A model generated the notes under the pieces. That model saw only the letters and a program-made list of their open reading frames with translations, was not told the origin of the DNA and made no database searches. Shown in pieces: positions 26,259 to 27,169 of a stretch of DNA of 27,169 bases; position 1 is the first letter of the stretch; the number at the start of each line of letters is the position of its first letter. Source of the stretch: Candidatus Krumholzibacteriia bacterium (GTDB lineage Bacteria; Krumholzibacteriota; Krumholzibacteriia; LZORAL124-64-63); NCBI GenBank assembly GCA_036351155.1, contig JAZBOO010000223.1, positions 1 through 27,169 on the forward strand. The letters are read 5' to 3'. Made by a program: the position numbers and the translations under genes.

Positions 26259-27046
26259 TCACTCCTCCGACCCTTGAGGAGGAACCCCTTATTTTTTAAG
26301 TACCTTTTAGAAAACTCACCCTCTTGATAATTTTGATTGAGGATTGTTGTTTTTAGCTGGGAAACTCTTTGCTCCACGTTTTCTTTCCCTGTATATGTAC
26401 CGTAATTTCCGTATCCAATTACAAGGAGCTGTGGCTTTTCTGATGAGGGGAAGTAGTTTTCCAGTGATACCTTGGTATTGGGAACTGGATTAATTTTTGG
26501 AACTGGAGGCATCCAAACAGCGCCGATTTCGTGTTTAGCTGATTTGGGCATCCAGGAAATCGTCCCATCTTCTCCAATGCTCAACAACTCCATGCAAGAT
26601 TCAAAGTCGGGTCTTTGGCGACGTTGCAAGAAGTTGGCTTGCGCCTGTTGCAGTGAGATTTCCTTTTGTGCTAGCAATCGCGATTGATCCAAAGCAAATT
26701 CGAAATGCGATTGGACAATAGTTTTGTATCGATTGATGGCGCCCTGGCTCCCCTCTCCAGATTGAATATTATCAACAATAAAGGGGACCCTACTGTAGAC
26801 GGTGTCAGCCTTTGTCAGACCTAAAAACTCCGGGGTTCTGGTTGATGGTTCTTTGAGAACAATCACATTGTTCACCATCAAGTGCCCTTCGTCGGTCACG
26901 GATAATTCCATGCTCCGGAATTCCTGCCCCATGACAAAAAGCCATTCGTTTTCCTCTAACTGGTATGTGGTGGAAAAACAAATATTCGGCAAAAAGCCCA
27001 TTGAGAAAACAATGCAAATAAACAAGATGCTAATTCGTCTGTTCAT
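26255..27046 (-). CDS. AT-rich hypothetical exported protein (ORFan-like)
   Basis: 263-codon ORF with a signal-peptide-like start MNRRISILFICIVFSMG and SD AAGGGGG. Markedly lower GC than its neighbours and no recognisable motif. Confidence 0.65.
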   Translation of the reverse strand: MNRRISILFICIVFSMGFLPNICFSTTYQLEENEWLFVMGQEFRSMELSVTDEGHLMVNNVIVLKEPSTRTPEFLGLTKADTVYSRVPFIVDNIQSGEGSQGAINRYKTIVQSHFEFALDQSRLLAQKEISLQQAQANFLQRRQRPDFESCMELLSIGEDGTISWMPKSAKHEIGAVWMPPVPKINPVPNTKVSLENYFPSSEKPQLLVIGYGNYGTYTGKENVEQRVSQLKTTILNQNYQEGEFSKRYLKNKGFLLKGRRSD

Positions 27047-27143
27047 TTGTGGCCCCCTTGTACAGGCTTTTGATATAGCCAAGTGAAACATTGGAGTTCT
27101 CAATTCCAACTCCATGGTTCGTCGCGGCGGTGGTTGGACTGTA
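27030..27143 (-). pseudogene. Start-less 3' gene remnant encoding ...GVGIENSNVSLGYIKSLYKGATNEQTN*
   Basis: Open frame between TGA (27146-27144) and TAG (27032-27030). It resembles the C-terminal [ST]WGxxKxxY tail and overlaps the start of the AT-rich ORF. Confidence 0.4.
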
Positions 27144-27169
27144 TCACGGCTTGGGGTTGATGTACCAAC
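27144..27169 (-). CDS. Probable 3' end of a gene continuing beyond the window (...WYINPKP*)
   Basis: Seven codons all ending in G/C (TGG TAC ATC AAC CCC AAG CCG), as in host genes, then TGA. Too short to be sure. Confidence 0.35.

Noticed and set aside
27144..27146. Selenocysteine or genetic-code reassignment of TGA
   Set aside because: TGA is the normal stop of tig, clpX, purA and nadA in this window. I see no convincing SECIS-like hairpin or redox motif at this codon.
1..27169. CRISPR array, IS element, prophage or known defence system
   Set aside because: No regularly spaced repeats, transposase, integrase, phage structural or nuclease motifs were recognised.

Overview
A GC-rich (by eye roughly 60-65%) chromosomal window of mostly housekeeping genes. 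It opens with the 3' part of a sigma-54 activator, then tRNA-Leu(TAG)-tig-clpP-clpX-lon-engB, a small secreted CxxCH protein, purA and tRNA-Lys(TTT). Next come an orphan minimal flagellin, a signal-peptide-bearing PepF, a beta-propeller lipoprotein, nadA-nifS/iscS, a 4-domain S1 protein, a hemolysin III/TrhA protein, an HDOD-PP2C phosphatase and a secreted GH32-like enzyme with a FlgD-Ig/T9SS-like tail. The window ends with a TPR / TonB-C lipoprotein / TolB-like lipoprotein / class II aldolase cluster and an AT-rich ORFan. The FlgD-Ig tail and the C-terminal 'TWGxxKxx[FY]' motif suggest an FCB-associated candidate lineage such as Krumholzibacteriota, Eisenbacteria or Latescibacterota (inference, not verified). 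I see no integrase, transposase or CRISPR array. The best leads are: (1) matching sigma-28-type promoters ahead of the flagellin and the HDOD-PP2C gene, the latter probably leaderless, plus CsrA-like sites in the flagellin leader; (2) a secreted CxxCH/temptin-like protein carrying the TWGxxK tail; (3) a start-less gene tail with a similar motif at the edge of the AT-rich insert; (4) hairpins repeatedly overlapping promoter boxes at gene junctions. All calls were made by eye, with no database searches.
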